Notes: generated by a model from the sequence alone, not told the origin. A DNA stretch of 64,000 nucleotides from Anaeramoeba ignava BMAN (GCA_028826165.1 JAPDFW010000092.1:558001-622000); one strand, 5' to 3'; positions 36,253 through 48,233 are shown, counted from the first letter of the stretch. Numbers and translations: made by a program.

Positions 36253-38043
36253 ATGAATAATAATCAAAATCAAAATCAAAATCAAAATCAAAATGAAATT
36301 GAAATGAAAAATTTACAAAAAAAAGTAACAAAAAATTTAATTAAAGATTATTCAAACCTTTTAAATGGAAATTCATTTCATGATTTTTCAATTTTTGTTG
36401 AGAATGAATCAAATCCTTTTGAATTTAAAGTTCATAAATCAATTTTATTTTCAAGATCTCCTTTTTTTAATAAGTTTTTAAAGGAACAAAATGATATTGA
36501 TAAGATTTTTTTAAACCAATTTAATAAAAAAGAAATGGAATCAATTTTGAAATATATTTATTATGGAAATATTTCTTTTGAGAATCAAGAAAATCTTTTT
36601 GAATTATTAGAAATTTCAATTTATTTTAAATTAAATTTATTGAAAGAATTTATTCAAAAAAAAATTTCAAATTCAGTTAATTATTCAAATTTTTTCCAAT
36701 TTTTTTTCCAAAATCGAGACTTGAAATCAAATGAAATTGAAATAAAATGTTTTGAATTAATAAATCAAAATTTTTCCCAAATTCAAAATAATGAAAATTT
36801 ATTCAATTTAACTGAAAAAGAAATTATCAAATTTATTCAATTTAAACAAGAAAAAAAAGAAATTTTTCAATTTGATTTTTTTCAATTTTTAAATAATTGG
36901 ATTAAAAAAAGAAATGAAAAATTAAAATTAAGAGGAAAGAAAGAAATTGAAATTGAAATTGAAAAGAAAAGATTATTTCATTCTTTTTTTTCATTATTTG
37001 ATAAAGATTCAATTCCAAAACAAGATTTTGATAAATTAAAAGAATTTGATTTTCTTCCAAAATCTTTTTTAATTAATCTTGAAAGAAATATTTTTGAAAT
37101 TCAAGCAAAAGAAAAAGAAACAAAAATAAAAGAAAAAGAAAAGAAAATTCAAAGAAGAGATAAAAGAATCAAATCATTTGAAATAGAAAATCAGAAAAAA
37201 GTGAAAGAGAGCGAAGATTTGAAATCACAAAATCAGAAGAAAGATCAGAAAATCCATTCTAAAAGTAAAGAGATTATCAATTTAAAATCAGAAAATGAAA
37301 AGAAAGAAAAAGAAATTATCAAATTGAAATCAGAAAATAAGAAAAAAGATAAGATTCTCAAAAAAAAAGATGAGGAAATCCAAAATCTTAGATCATCATT
37401 TCAAAAAGAAATTGAAAAAGAGAAACAAAAACAGAAAGATAATGCATTGTTGAATTTTTTTTCAGTTTCAGAAATTGTGAAAGATATTGAATATGTTCTG
37501 AAATTACAAGAATGGATAAATGATAATGAATTCTTTTCCAAAATGAAAAAAGGATATTCAGCAAAAATAGATGGATTTTCTGCTCAAAATTGGCATTCAG
37601 CAGTTGATAATAAAGGAAAAACATTAGTTATTATCAAAACAAAAGATAATTTTATTTTTGGAGGATTTACTCAAATTGGATGGACAATGGATCAATCAAA
37701 ATGGAGTTATAAATTGCAAAATCCAGATAGAGGATGGATTATTGATCCAAATGCATTTATTTTTTCATTAAGAAATGATAAAGGAAATAGAAAACCAGAA
37801 AAATTTCCAATTAAACAAGGTGAAGAGCATCATGCCTTTTGGTATAATTATAATGAAGGTCCAGATTTTGGAAATGGTGCTGATATTGAGTTAAACTCTT
37901 ATTTACAACCTGGTCGGTCAAATTTTGGTTATAGTTATCATCTTCCTAATGGAATTAAATATGAGACAAAAAAATCTAAAAGTTATTTAGCTGGTTCTTA
38001 TAATGAATGGATTGTTGATGAACTTGAAACTTATTTCATTTAA
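36253..38043 (+). CDS. BTB - coiled-coil - TLDc domain protein
   Basis: BTB (HDFSI..FKVHKSILFSRSPFF), K/E-rich coil, C-terminal TLDc ending DELETYFI. Confidence 0.9.
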   Translation: MNNNQNQNQNQNQNEIEMKNLQKKVTKNLIKDYSNLLNGNSFHDFSIFVENESNPFEFKVHKSILFSRSPFFNKFLKEQNDIDKIFLNQFNKKEMESILKYIYYGNISFENQENLFELLEISIYFKLNLLKEFIQKKISNSVNYSNFFQFFFQNRDLKSNEIEIKCFELINQNFSQIQNNENLFNLTEKEIIKFIQFKQEKKEIFQFDFFQFLNNWIKKRNEKLKLRGKKEIEIEIEKKRLFHSFFSLFDKDSIPKQDFDKLKEFDFLPKSFLINLERNIFEIQAKEKETKIKEKEKKIQRRDKRIKSFEIENQKKVKESEDLKSQNQKKDQKIHSKSKEIINLKSENEKKEKEIIKLKSENKKKDKILKKKDEEIQNLRSSFQKEIEKEKQKQKDNALLNFFSVSEIVKDIEYVLKLQEWINDNEFFSKMKKGYSAKIDGFSAQNWHSAVDNKGKTLVIIKTKDNFIFGGFTQIGWTMDQSKWSYKLQNPDRGWIIDPNAFIFSLRNDKGNRKPEKFPIKQGEEHHAFWYNYNEGPDFGNGADIELNSYLQPGRSNFGYSYHLPNGIKYETKKSKSYLAGSYNEWIVDELETYFI

Positions 38044-38458
38044 AAATTTATTTTCTTTTCTTTTTTCAAAATTTAATTTCATTTTCATTTATTTTTAATC
38101 AAATTAAATTCTTTAAATCAATAAATAAGAAAAATAAATTTAATTTATTATTTAAATAATCAATTTTATTTTTATTAAATTTTTAATTCAAAAAAAAAAG
38201 TGGAATAAAAATATTTTTTAAATAATAAATTAAATAATAAATTAAATAATAAATTAATTTGATTTTGAATTTATTTTATTAATTGAAAATATTATTTTTA
38301 TTCAAATTTGGAAATTTTCATTCTTATTTTCTAAATTTAAAAAAACAAAAAAATTAAAATCAAATTTTAAATTTAATTTTCTTTAATTATTTAATCCAAA
38401 AAAAAAAGTGGAATAAAATAATTATTTTTGTTTTTTTTTGAATTAATAATTATTCAAA

Positions 38459-41400
38459 TTATTTCTTAAATAGAATCTTTTCCAATTTATCATTTAGCAA
38501 TTTTTCGTAGAAATTTGGACTTTGTAATATCGTTTTTATTAAAAGAAAAAAAGCTTCATCAATATTAATATTTTCTTTTGCAGAAGTTTCAATAAATGGA
38601 ATTCCATGTTTATCAGCAAATTTTTGAGCTTCTTCTTTTGAAACTTCTCTTTCTTTTTCCAAATCACATTTATTTCCAATTAATATTTTTGGAATATTTT
38701 CATCACTTTGTCCTTCCAAATCTTTAATAAAATAATTAACACGATTAACAAAAGAATATTTGTTAGTAATAACATAAAATATCATAACTCCATCTGCTCC
38801 TCGATAATAAGCTAATTTTTTGGAAATTGTTTTTTTTGATTTAAATCAATTTTAATTTTGTTTAAATAAAAAAGAAAAAAAATAATTAATTTTTTTGGAA
38901 TTTTTTTGGAATTTTTTTATATTTAATTTTGAGATAATTAATATTCTAAAAATTGGAAAATAAATTTAAAATAAAAATTACCTGAAAGGAGTGGATATGA
39001 ACGTTCTATAAAAATGAAATAAAAAATAAAAGAAATTGGGAAATTAATTCCAAAATAAAAAAATAAAGAAATATTTTGTTAATTAAATAATAAAATAAAA
39101 TAAATTAAATTTTGGAAAATAAATTTAAATAATTCTTATTTTTTTCAATTAAAAAAAAAAAGAAATATTTCATAATTGATTTAAATTTTCTTTTTGTTTT
39201 TGATTTCATTATTATTTTTGGGAATAAATTTGATTTTAATTTTGATTTTAATTTAAAAAGAAATTATAAACAAACCATGACCAGTTGTATCCCAAATTTG
39301 AAGTTTAATTATTTTTCCATTCACTTCCAAAAATATTTCCTTGTAATCAACTCCTATTGTTGGTGCAGAATCCACACGAAAACTATTAAAAATAAATCTA
39401 TTCACAATTTGAGTTTTTCCTGAATTATTTCCTCCAAGAAGAATAATCTTAAAATAAATCTAAAAGGATATTTTTCAAAATAAAAAAACAATTTCCAAAC
39501 AAAAAAAATAAAATAAAAGGAGAATGATTTAATTTATTATTTCTATTTCTTTTTCTTTTTCTTTTGGAAATAAATATTTTTAATTCAATTTTAATTTTAT
39601 TATTTTGAAAAGGAAAAAAAGTGGAAAATCAAAAAGAAAAAAAGAAAAAAAGTGGAATTTAAATTGAGAAGAAATCTAAAAATAATTTCTTTAATCAAAA
39701 AAAAATTAATTAATTATTTCAATAAATAAAACAAAATAAAAGGAGAATGAGATTAAATTTATTCAATAATAATAAAAATAATAATAAAATAATAAAATTT
39801 GGATTTAAATAATAATTTCTCAATATTTTTCTATTTTAGAAATAATAAAAAATAATTTAATTTAAAAAAAATTTACTTAAAAGAAATTCAAATAAAAATA
39901 ATGAAATATTCATAATAAAACTAATTCATTATTTTTTCCCTTTTTTTCTCTTAATAATTCAATTCAATTTCAATTTAATTTAATTCAATTTAATTTAATT
40001 TAATTTTAATTTTGGATATTTGTAAATTAATTTTTCATTTTTGATTTTTTCATTTTGATAAATTTAAAATTTGGAAATAGATTTATCTTTTCCAAAAATA
40101 AATAAATATAAAATATTTGATGATTTAAAAAATTTTGGATTGTTAAAAAAAAATTAAAAAAATTAAATTATTGATTTAAATTATTTCCAAAAATTAAAAT
40201 AAATTGAATAAATTTGTTTTGTTTTTTCTCTTTTAAAAAAATCTTGGTTTTTTGTTTTTTTGTTAAATAAATAATACATAATAAGAATCTTTAGGAACCT
40301 ATTTAAATTTTCCAATAAAAAATAAATAAAAGAATAAAATCAAAAAATTTTTTATGATTAGATTAGATTAGATTAGATTAGATTAGATTAGATTAGATTA
40401 GATTAGATTAGATTAGATTAGATTAGATTAGATAATTGATTTTTTTTCTTTTAAATAATTTTAACAAAAATCAAAATAATTTACATCTCCATATTTAATT
40501 TTTCTAAAATCTTTTATTTTCAATTCTTTGGATGAATATTCTTCTTTTAATTGTTGAATTTGAAGTTTTCTTTTATTTTCTTCTTCAAGTTTTCTTTTTT
40601 GTTCTTCAATTTTTCTTTTATATTCTTGAATTTGTTCATTCAAATTTTTTGGATTTTTTTTTATCAAATTTTAAAAAGAAGAAAAAGAATGGAAATTTTG
40701 AATTGTTTTTGTTTTGTTTTGTTTTGTTTTGTTTTGTTTTGTTTTTGTTTTGTTTTGTGGAATTTAAATATCCAATTATTAATAATAGTAAAAAAAAGAA
40801 TGGAATAAAATATAAATGAAAAAATGAATGAATTTGTTTTGTTAAAAATTGTTAAAAGAAATAAAAAAGGGAAAATGTTTTGTTTTACCTTTCTTTGTTT
40901 TGATTTGATTTTGAATTTCTAAATAAATAAATGTTGTTTTGGTTTTTTGTTTTTGGAAAAAGAAGAATGAACTGAAAAATTTAATTTATTTTTGAAAGAA
41001 AAAATTTGGAATTTATTTTTTTATAATTTTTACCTTTATTTTTCAATCCTAAATTTGATAAAGCTTTAAATCCTTGTTTTTTTAAATTTTTATCATTTTC
41101 AAATTTAATTATTGATAAAATAATTATTTCAATTCCAAATAATTCTTTAATTTTGTTTTGATTTTCTATTTTGATTTTGATTTTGAATTTGAATTTGAAT
41201 TTGAATTTGAATTTGAATTTGATTTTGATTTTGATTTTGAATTTGATTTTGATTTTGATTTTGAATTTGATTTTGATTTTAATTTTGATTTTGATTTTAA
41301 TTTTGAATTTGAATTTGATTTTGAATTTGATTTTGATTTTGAATTTGATTTATATTTTGATTTTGATTTTAATTTTGATTTTGATTTTGATTTTGAATTT

Positions 41401-44400
41401 TGATTTTGATTTTGAATTTGAATTTGAATTTGAATTTGAATTTGATTTTGAATTTGATTTTGATTTTGATTTTGATTTTGATTTTGATTTTGAATTTGAA
41501 TTTGATTTTGATTTTGATTTTGATTTTGATTTTGAATTTGATTTTGATTTTGATTTTGAATTTTGATTTTGATTTTGATTTTGATTTAGATTTAGATTTT
41601 AATTTTAATTTTAATTTTGATTTTGATTTTGATTTTGATTTTGATTTTGAATTTGATTTTGAATTTAATTTTGATTTTAATTTTGATTTTGATTTTGTTG
41701 ATTAATTTTATTAATAAATTGATTATTTTTCTTTTTTTGTTAATGAAAAAATTTTGGAAAAATAAATTGATTTACCTTTTTCTTTTCCAATATTAATAAA
41801 AATTGAAAAAGATTGAAATTGAATTTGTTGATTATTTGGGAAATTTATCATTGCTTTCAAAATTAAATCAATTCCATTTAAATTTTCAAATTGAATTGAT
41901 TTTTCTATTTTTTTGAATTTTGGATTTTGAATTTAATATTTCTTTTTTCTTTTTGTTTTGGAAATAAATTAATTTTTGAATTTTACTTTTGTTTGTTTCA
42001 GTAAATTTTCTTAAAGCAAAACATGAATTTTCTTGAATAATTTCATTTGTTGGAAAATTATTCATACATTTAAGAATAAAATATTCATCAATTTCAATTA
42101 ATTCTTTTGTTTTTCCTTTTTGTTTTGTTTTTTGTGAAATTAAATTATTTTTTTTATAAATCAAATATTAATTAAATAAATTAATTAAAATTATTCAATT
42201 TAATTCAATTCAATTTAATTTAATTTAATTCAATTTAATTTCCTTTTTTTTTTTGATTTACTTTTATCATGTTGTTGAATTTTATTTGAAAGTTCTTGTA
42301 AAAAATTTGTTGTGTTTTCTGTTGATTGAATTTCTATTTTTGGTTTTTGATTTTTAATTTCATTTTGAATATTTTGAATATTTTTGATTTCTTGATCAAT
42401 TTTTGAATAAAATTCATTTTTTCTTTTTTCAATTTCATTATTAAATTCTTGAATTATTTTTTCATTTTCATTTAAATTTTCATTTTTAATTTCAATTTCT
42501 TGAATTTTCTTTTCAATTTTTCCCAAATATTCATTTTATTTAAATGGAATTATATTTTTTATTTCTTCAATTATTTTATCAATTTCAATTTTATTTTGAA
42601 TTTGATTTTGATTTTTATTTTTATTTTTATTTTTATTTTGAATTTGAATTTGAATTTTATTTTTATTTTTATTTTGATTTTTATTTTGATTTTTATTTTT
42701 ATTTTGATTTTGATTTTAATTTTTATTTTGATTTTGATTTTGAATTTTGATTTTGAATTTTGATTTTGATTTTGATTTTGAATTTGAATTTGAATTTGAT
42801 TTTGATTTTGATTTTGAATTTGATTTTGATTTTGATTTTGAATTTGAATTTGATTTTGATTTTGATTTTGATTTTAATTTTGAATTTGAAGTTGAATTTG
42901 ATTTTGATTTTGAATTTGATTTTGATTTTGAATTTGATTTTGATTTTGATTTTGATTTTGATTTTGATTTTGAATTTGATTTTGAATTTGATTTTGATTT
43001 TGAATTTGATTTTGATTTTGAATTTGATTTTGATTTTGATTTTGATTTTGATTTTGATTTTGAATTTGATTTTGAATTTGATTTTGATTTTGAATTTGAT
43101 TTTGATTTTGAATTTGATTTTGATTTTGAATTTGAATTTGAATTTGATTTTGATTTTGATTTTGATTTTGATTTTGATTTTGATTTTGATTTTGATTTTG
43201 ATTTTGAATTTGATTTTGAATTTGATTTTGAATTTGAATTTGATTTTGAATTTGTTGATTAATTTTATTAATAAATTGATTATTTTTCTTTTTTTGTTAA
43301 TGAAAAAATTTTGGAAAAATAAATTGATTTACCTTTTTCTTTTCCAATATTAATAAAAATTGAAAAAGATTGAAATTGGATTTGTTGATTATTTGGGAAA
43401 TTTTTCATTGCTTTCAAAATTAAATCAATTCCATTTAAATTTTCAAATTGAATTGATTTTTCTATTTTTTTGAATTTTGGATTTTGGATTTTGAATTTGA
43501 TATTTCTTTTTTGTTTTTGTTTTTCTTTTGAAAATAAATTAATTTTTGAATTTTACTTTTGTTTGTTTCAGTAAATTTTCTTAAAGCAAAACATGAATTT
43601 TCTTGAATAATTTCATTTGTTGGGAAATTATTCATACATTTAAGAATAAAATATTCATCAATTTCAATTAATTCTTTTGTTTTTCCTTTTTGTTTTGTTT
43701 TTTGTGAAATTAAATTATTTTTTTTATAAATCAAATATTAATTAAATAAATTAATTAAAATTATTCAATTTAATTCAATTCAATTTAATTTAATTTAATT
43801 CAATTTAATTTCCTTTTTTTTTTTGATTTACTTTTATCATTTTGTTGAATTTTATTTGAAAGTTCTTGTAAAAAATTTATTGTGTTTTCTGTTGATTGAA
43901 GAATTTCTATTTTTGGTTTTTGATTTTTAATTTCATTTTGAATATTTTGAATATTTTTGATTTCTTGATCAATTTTTGAATAAAATTCATTTTTTCTTTT
44001 TTCAATTTCATTATTAAATTTTTGAATTATTTTTTCATTTTCATTTAAATTTTCATTTTTAATTTCAATTTTTTGAATTTTCTTTTCAATTTTTCCCAAA
44101 TATTCATTTTGTTTGAATGGAATTATATTTTTTATTTCTTCAATTATTTTATCAATTTCAATTTTATTTTGAATTTGATTTTTATTTTTATTTTTATTTT
44201 TATTTTTATTTTGAATTTGAATTTGAATTTTATTTTTATTTTGATTTTGATTTTTATTTTTATTTTTATTTTTATTTTGATTTTGAATTTGATTTTTATT
44301 TTGATTTTTATTTTTATTTTTATTTTTATTTTGATTTTGAATTTGATTTTTATTTTGATTTTGATTTTGATTTTTATTTTGATTTTGATTTTGATTTTGA

Positions 44401-46529
44401 TTTTTATTTTGATTTTTATTTTTATTTTGGTTTTGATTTTGATTTTGATTTTGAATTTGATTTTGATTTTTATTTTGATTTTGAATTTGATTTTGATTTT
44501 GATTTTTATTTTGATTTTGATTTTGATTTTTATTTTGATTTTGAATTTGATTTTTATTTTGATTTTGATTTTGATTTTTATTTTTATTTTTATTTTGATT
44601 TTTATTTTTATTTTGATTTTGATTTTGATTTTGATTTTGATTTTTATTTTTATTTTTATTTTGATTTTGATTTTGATTTTGATTTTGATTTTGATTTTGA
44701 TTTTGATTTTGATTTTGATTTTTATTTTTATTTTGATTTTTATTTTGATTTTTATTTTGATTTTTATTTTGATTTTTATTTTTATTTTTATTTTTATTTT
44801 GATTTTGAATTTGATTTTGAATTTGATTTTTATTTTGATTTTGATTTTGATTTTTATTTTGATTTTGATTTTTATTTTGATTTTGATTTTGATTTTTATT
44901 TTTATTTTTATTTTTATTTTTATTTTGATTTTGATTTTGATTTTGATTTTTATTTTTATTTTTATTTTTATTTTGATTTTTATTTTGAATTTTATTTTGG
45001 TTTTGATTTTGATTTTGATTTTGATTTTGATTTTGATTTTGATTTTGATTTTGATTTTGATTTTGATTTTGATTTTGATTTTGATTTTGATTTTGATTTT
45101 TGATTTGTTGAATAAATTGTTTAAATTCTTCTAAATTTTCTTTTCTTTTTTTTTCAAATTGATTTTCAAATTCATTTTTAAATTTTTGAATTTTTTCTTC
45201 AAGTAATTTTAAATCTTCTTCTGTTTTTGATTTTGGAAAATTTATTAATTCTTGATATTGTTTATCAATTTCTTCCAAATTGTTATTTTTTATTTTTTTG
45301 AATTTATTTTGAATTTTTTGAATTTCTTTTTGAAAATTTTCTAAATCTTTTTTTCTATTTTGTTCAAATAAATATTTCAAATTAATAATTATTTTCTTAA
45401 CTTGTTCTAAATATTCTTTTTTCATTTTTTCATTTTCATTTTGAATTAATTGTTGAAATTTTTCTTCAATTTCTTTTTTCCATTTTTCATATTCTTTTTG
45501 AATTTCTTCAATTTGTTTTTTAATTTTTTCTAATTTTTCTTTTTCTTTTTGGGTTGTTTTTTGTTGATAATAAAGTTGATTAATTGTAAATTCTGATTTT
45601 TGATTTTCTTGTTCAAATTCTTCAATATTTGAATTTAATAAAATAATTTTATTTTGAAGTTGAGAAATTGATTTATTTTTGATTTGTTGAATTTGAATTT
45701 GAAATTGATTAATTGATTTTGTTTGTGAAATTTGATTTAATAAATTTGAAAAAGAATTTTCAATTTCATTGTTTTCATTTTCATTTTGATTTGTTTCAAA
45801 TTTATTTAATTTTATCAATTTTTTTTGATTATTTTGATTCAATTTTTGTTTAATTTGTTGAATAATTTGGAATTGATTTGAAAGATTTTGATTTAAAGAA
45901 ATTAATCCAATAAAATTGTAAATTTGATTTTGATTTTGATTTAAATATTTATCAAAATTTGGATTTGAAATGATAAATTGAATATTTTGGAAAATAAATT
46001 TTTCACAATTTTGAGAAAGATTTTTTGAATTAATTTTTTGAGATTTAAAATAAATTTCTAAAATATTTTCAATATTAAAAATTGATTGAATTTCAAGTTC
46101 AATTTTGAATTGAATTTCTTTTAATTTAATTTGATTTGCAAATTGAAAATATTTATCAAATTTTTGTTTATCAAATTCAAATTTTCCATTATAAAAAAAT
46201 TTAATAATTGGTTTAACAATTTCAGAACTAAAATTATTAAAATAAATTGAATTAAATTTATTTTCTCTTCTATTTATCATAAAATATTTTGAACGAGCTT
46301 CTAAAATTGATTTATGACAAGGAATTAAAATTTTATCTTTTCCACAATAAATTTGAAAATCTGAAGTTTTTTTATTTCCAAACATTAAACCAATTTGTTT
46401 ATTTGCTTGATTTATTAAGAATTTATTAAATTTTTTAATTTTGGATTGAATTTGTTGATTTGAATTTGAATTTGAATTTGAATTTGAATTTGAATTTGAA
46501 TTTGAATTTGAATTTGAATTTGAATTCAT
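38459..46529 (-). CDS. Multi-exon BTB - coiled-coil - NQ/NK - 5xARM - Rab-like GTPase fusion protein
   Basis: Proposed exons: 46529-43832, 43685-43557, 43461-43333, 42115-41987, 41904-41776, 41165-41034, 40918-40889, ~40625-40485, 40298-40278, 39459-39276, 39005-38982, 38811-38459; GT-AG and phase-compatible. [23 protein letters not shown]; Rab [37 protein letters not shown]. Confidence 0.72.
41700..44200. repeat. Internal ~1.57-kb direct tandem duplication (end of exon 1 plus two ARM exons)
   Basis: 41700-42600 matches 43257-44170; ORFs 41886-42164 and 43462-43734 are near-identical. Confidence 0.9.
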
Positions 46530-46899
46530 TTCTTTTTTTGTTTTTTTTTTGAAAATAAAAATATTTTAATTAATAAATTATTTATTATTTTGATTATTTA
46601 AATGTTTTTAATAAATAATTTATGTTTAATTTATTATTTTTATATTTAATTTTTGGTTTATTTTATTAAATAAAAAAAAAGGAAAAATAAATTTTTGCTT
46701 TCCAATTTTTTTTGATTAAATAAATTTTATTTTAATTAATAATTTATAAATATTTTGATTATTGAAATGTTTTTATTATTATTTTTATGTTTAATTAGAT
46801 ATTTTTATATTTAATTTTTTTTAAATAATATTTACTTAATTAAAATTATTTTTTTTATTTAAAAAAAAGGAAAAAAATGAAAAATGAAAAAATATAAAA

Positions 46900-47455
46900 A
46901 ATGAAAATAAGTTTAATTTAATATTTAATTTAGAAATTAATTTAAAAATATAATTTAATATTTAATTTTATTATTAAAATAATAATTTATTGTTTTAGAT
47001 TTAAATATTTTATTATTTAAATATTTAACATATAAATATAAAAATGAAAATAGATTTAATTTAATATTTAATTTATAAATTAATTTAAAAATATAATTTA
47101 ATATTTAATTTTATTATTAAAATAATAATTTAATGTTTTAGATTTAAATATTTTATTATTTAAATATTTAACATATAAATATAAAAAATGAAAATAGGTT
47201 TAATTTAATATTTAATTTATAAATTAATTTAAAAATATAATTTAATATTTAATTTTATTATTAAAATAATAATTTATTGTTTTAGATTTAAATATTTTAT
47301 TATTTAAATATTTAACATATAAATATAAAAAATGAGAATAGATTTAATTTAATATTTAATTTATAAATTAATTTAGAAATATAATTTAATATTTAATTTT
47401 ATGTTTATAATAATAATTTATTGTTTTAGATTTAAATATTTTATTATTTAAATAT
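46900..47455 (-). repeat. Tandem repeat B, ~144-bp unit, ~4 copies, inverted relative to 16772-17220
   Basis: tagatttaaat at 46996, 47139, 47283 and 47427. Confidence 0.85.
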
Positions 47456-47547
47456 TTTCAAAATTGATTTTTTTGAAATTAAAATTTTATCTTTTTTTTT
47501 GAATTAAATTGAATTAATATTAATTTGGAAATTTGTTTTTAAATTTA

Positions 47548-47632
47548 AAAATAGAATTAATTCTAAATTAAATATTAAATTAAAATAATTTTCATTTTTT
47601 TCATTTTTTTCATTTCAAATTTATTATTAAAA
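47548..47632 (+). promoter_or_regulatory. Putative core promoter / 5' leader of TRM112, shared with the BTB-TLDc genes
   Basis: aatagaattaattctaaattaaatattaaattaaaataattttcatttttt...aaaaATG also precedes the ATGs at 34736(+) and 25223(-). Confidence 0.55.
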
Positions 47633-48019
47633 ATGAAATTAATAACACATAATATGTTAGAAAGTAGAGTTAAAGATTGTCCTGATGATAAAAGATTCCC
47701 ATTAGGAATAAATGCAACAAAAGTAATTGAACAAAAAGTTGTTTTGAACAAACAATTTATCATTAACATTCTAACAAAAATTGATTGGGAAGTATTATTA
47801 GAAGCAATAAAACAAATTGGATATAATGAAAAAATTGAATTACCATTAGAAATACCAGTTGAAATTGAAAAAGATGATGATTTAATTATGAAAATTCATC
47901 ATGCACTTTTAGAAATAGAAATTATTGAAGGAGAACTTATTTGTCAAGGAACTGGAAGAAAATTTACAATAAAAGAAGGAATTGCAAACATGTTATTAAA
48001 TTCAGAAGAATTAAAATGA
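47633..48019 (+). CDS. TRM112: Multifunctional methyltransferase subunit Trm112
   Basis: MKLITHNML...FPL...IDW..L...HHALLEIEIIEGELIC..TGRKFTIKEGIANMLL. Confidence 0.95.
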   Translation: MKLITHNMLESRVKDCPDDKRFPLGINATKVIEQKVVLNKQFIINILTKIDWEVLLEAIKQIGYNEKIELPLEIPVEIEKDDDLIMKIHHALLEIEIIEGELICQGTGRKFTIKEGIANMLLNSEELK

Positions 48020-48233
48020 ATTAAAATTAAAATCAAAATTAAAATCAAATCAAAATTAAAATTAAAATCAAAATAAAAATCAAAATTAAAATCAAATTTA
48101 AAATTAAATCAAAATTAAAATTAAAATTAAAATTAAAATCAAAATCAAAATTAAATCAAAATAAGTTTTATAAGTTTTATAAGTTTTATTCCGAAATTTT
48201 TCAAATATTTTTCTTTTAAAAAAAAAATATTCT

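Larger units (their letters stand above)
34406..47455 (-). repeat. Right arm of the large diverged inverted duplication
   Basis: Reverse-complement match to 16772-25405, plus an extra BTB-TLDc gene, an internal 1.57-kb tandem duplication and a different first exon. Confidence 0.9.

Noticed and set aside
40358-40432. (GATTA)n run, mirrored as (AATCT)n at ~21421-21520, as a telomeric repeat
   Set aside because: Short, internal, and inside an inferred intron of the fusion genes; an ordinary microsatellite.
41158-45134. Long ORFs of (DF)n, (IL)n, (IK)n or (IYFN)n here and elsewhere
   Set aside because: Alternative-frame or antisense translations of hexamer and 12-mer repeats.
16772-47455. Giant DNA transposon or Polinton with terminal inverted repeats
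   Set aside because: No transposase, integrase, polymerase or capsid ORF; the arms are gene-containing and the centre is a conserved nucleoporin.
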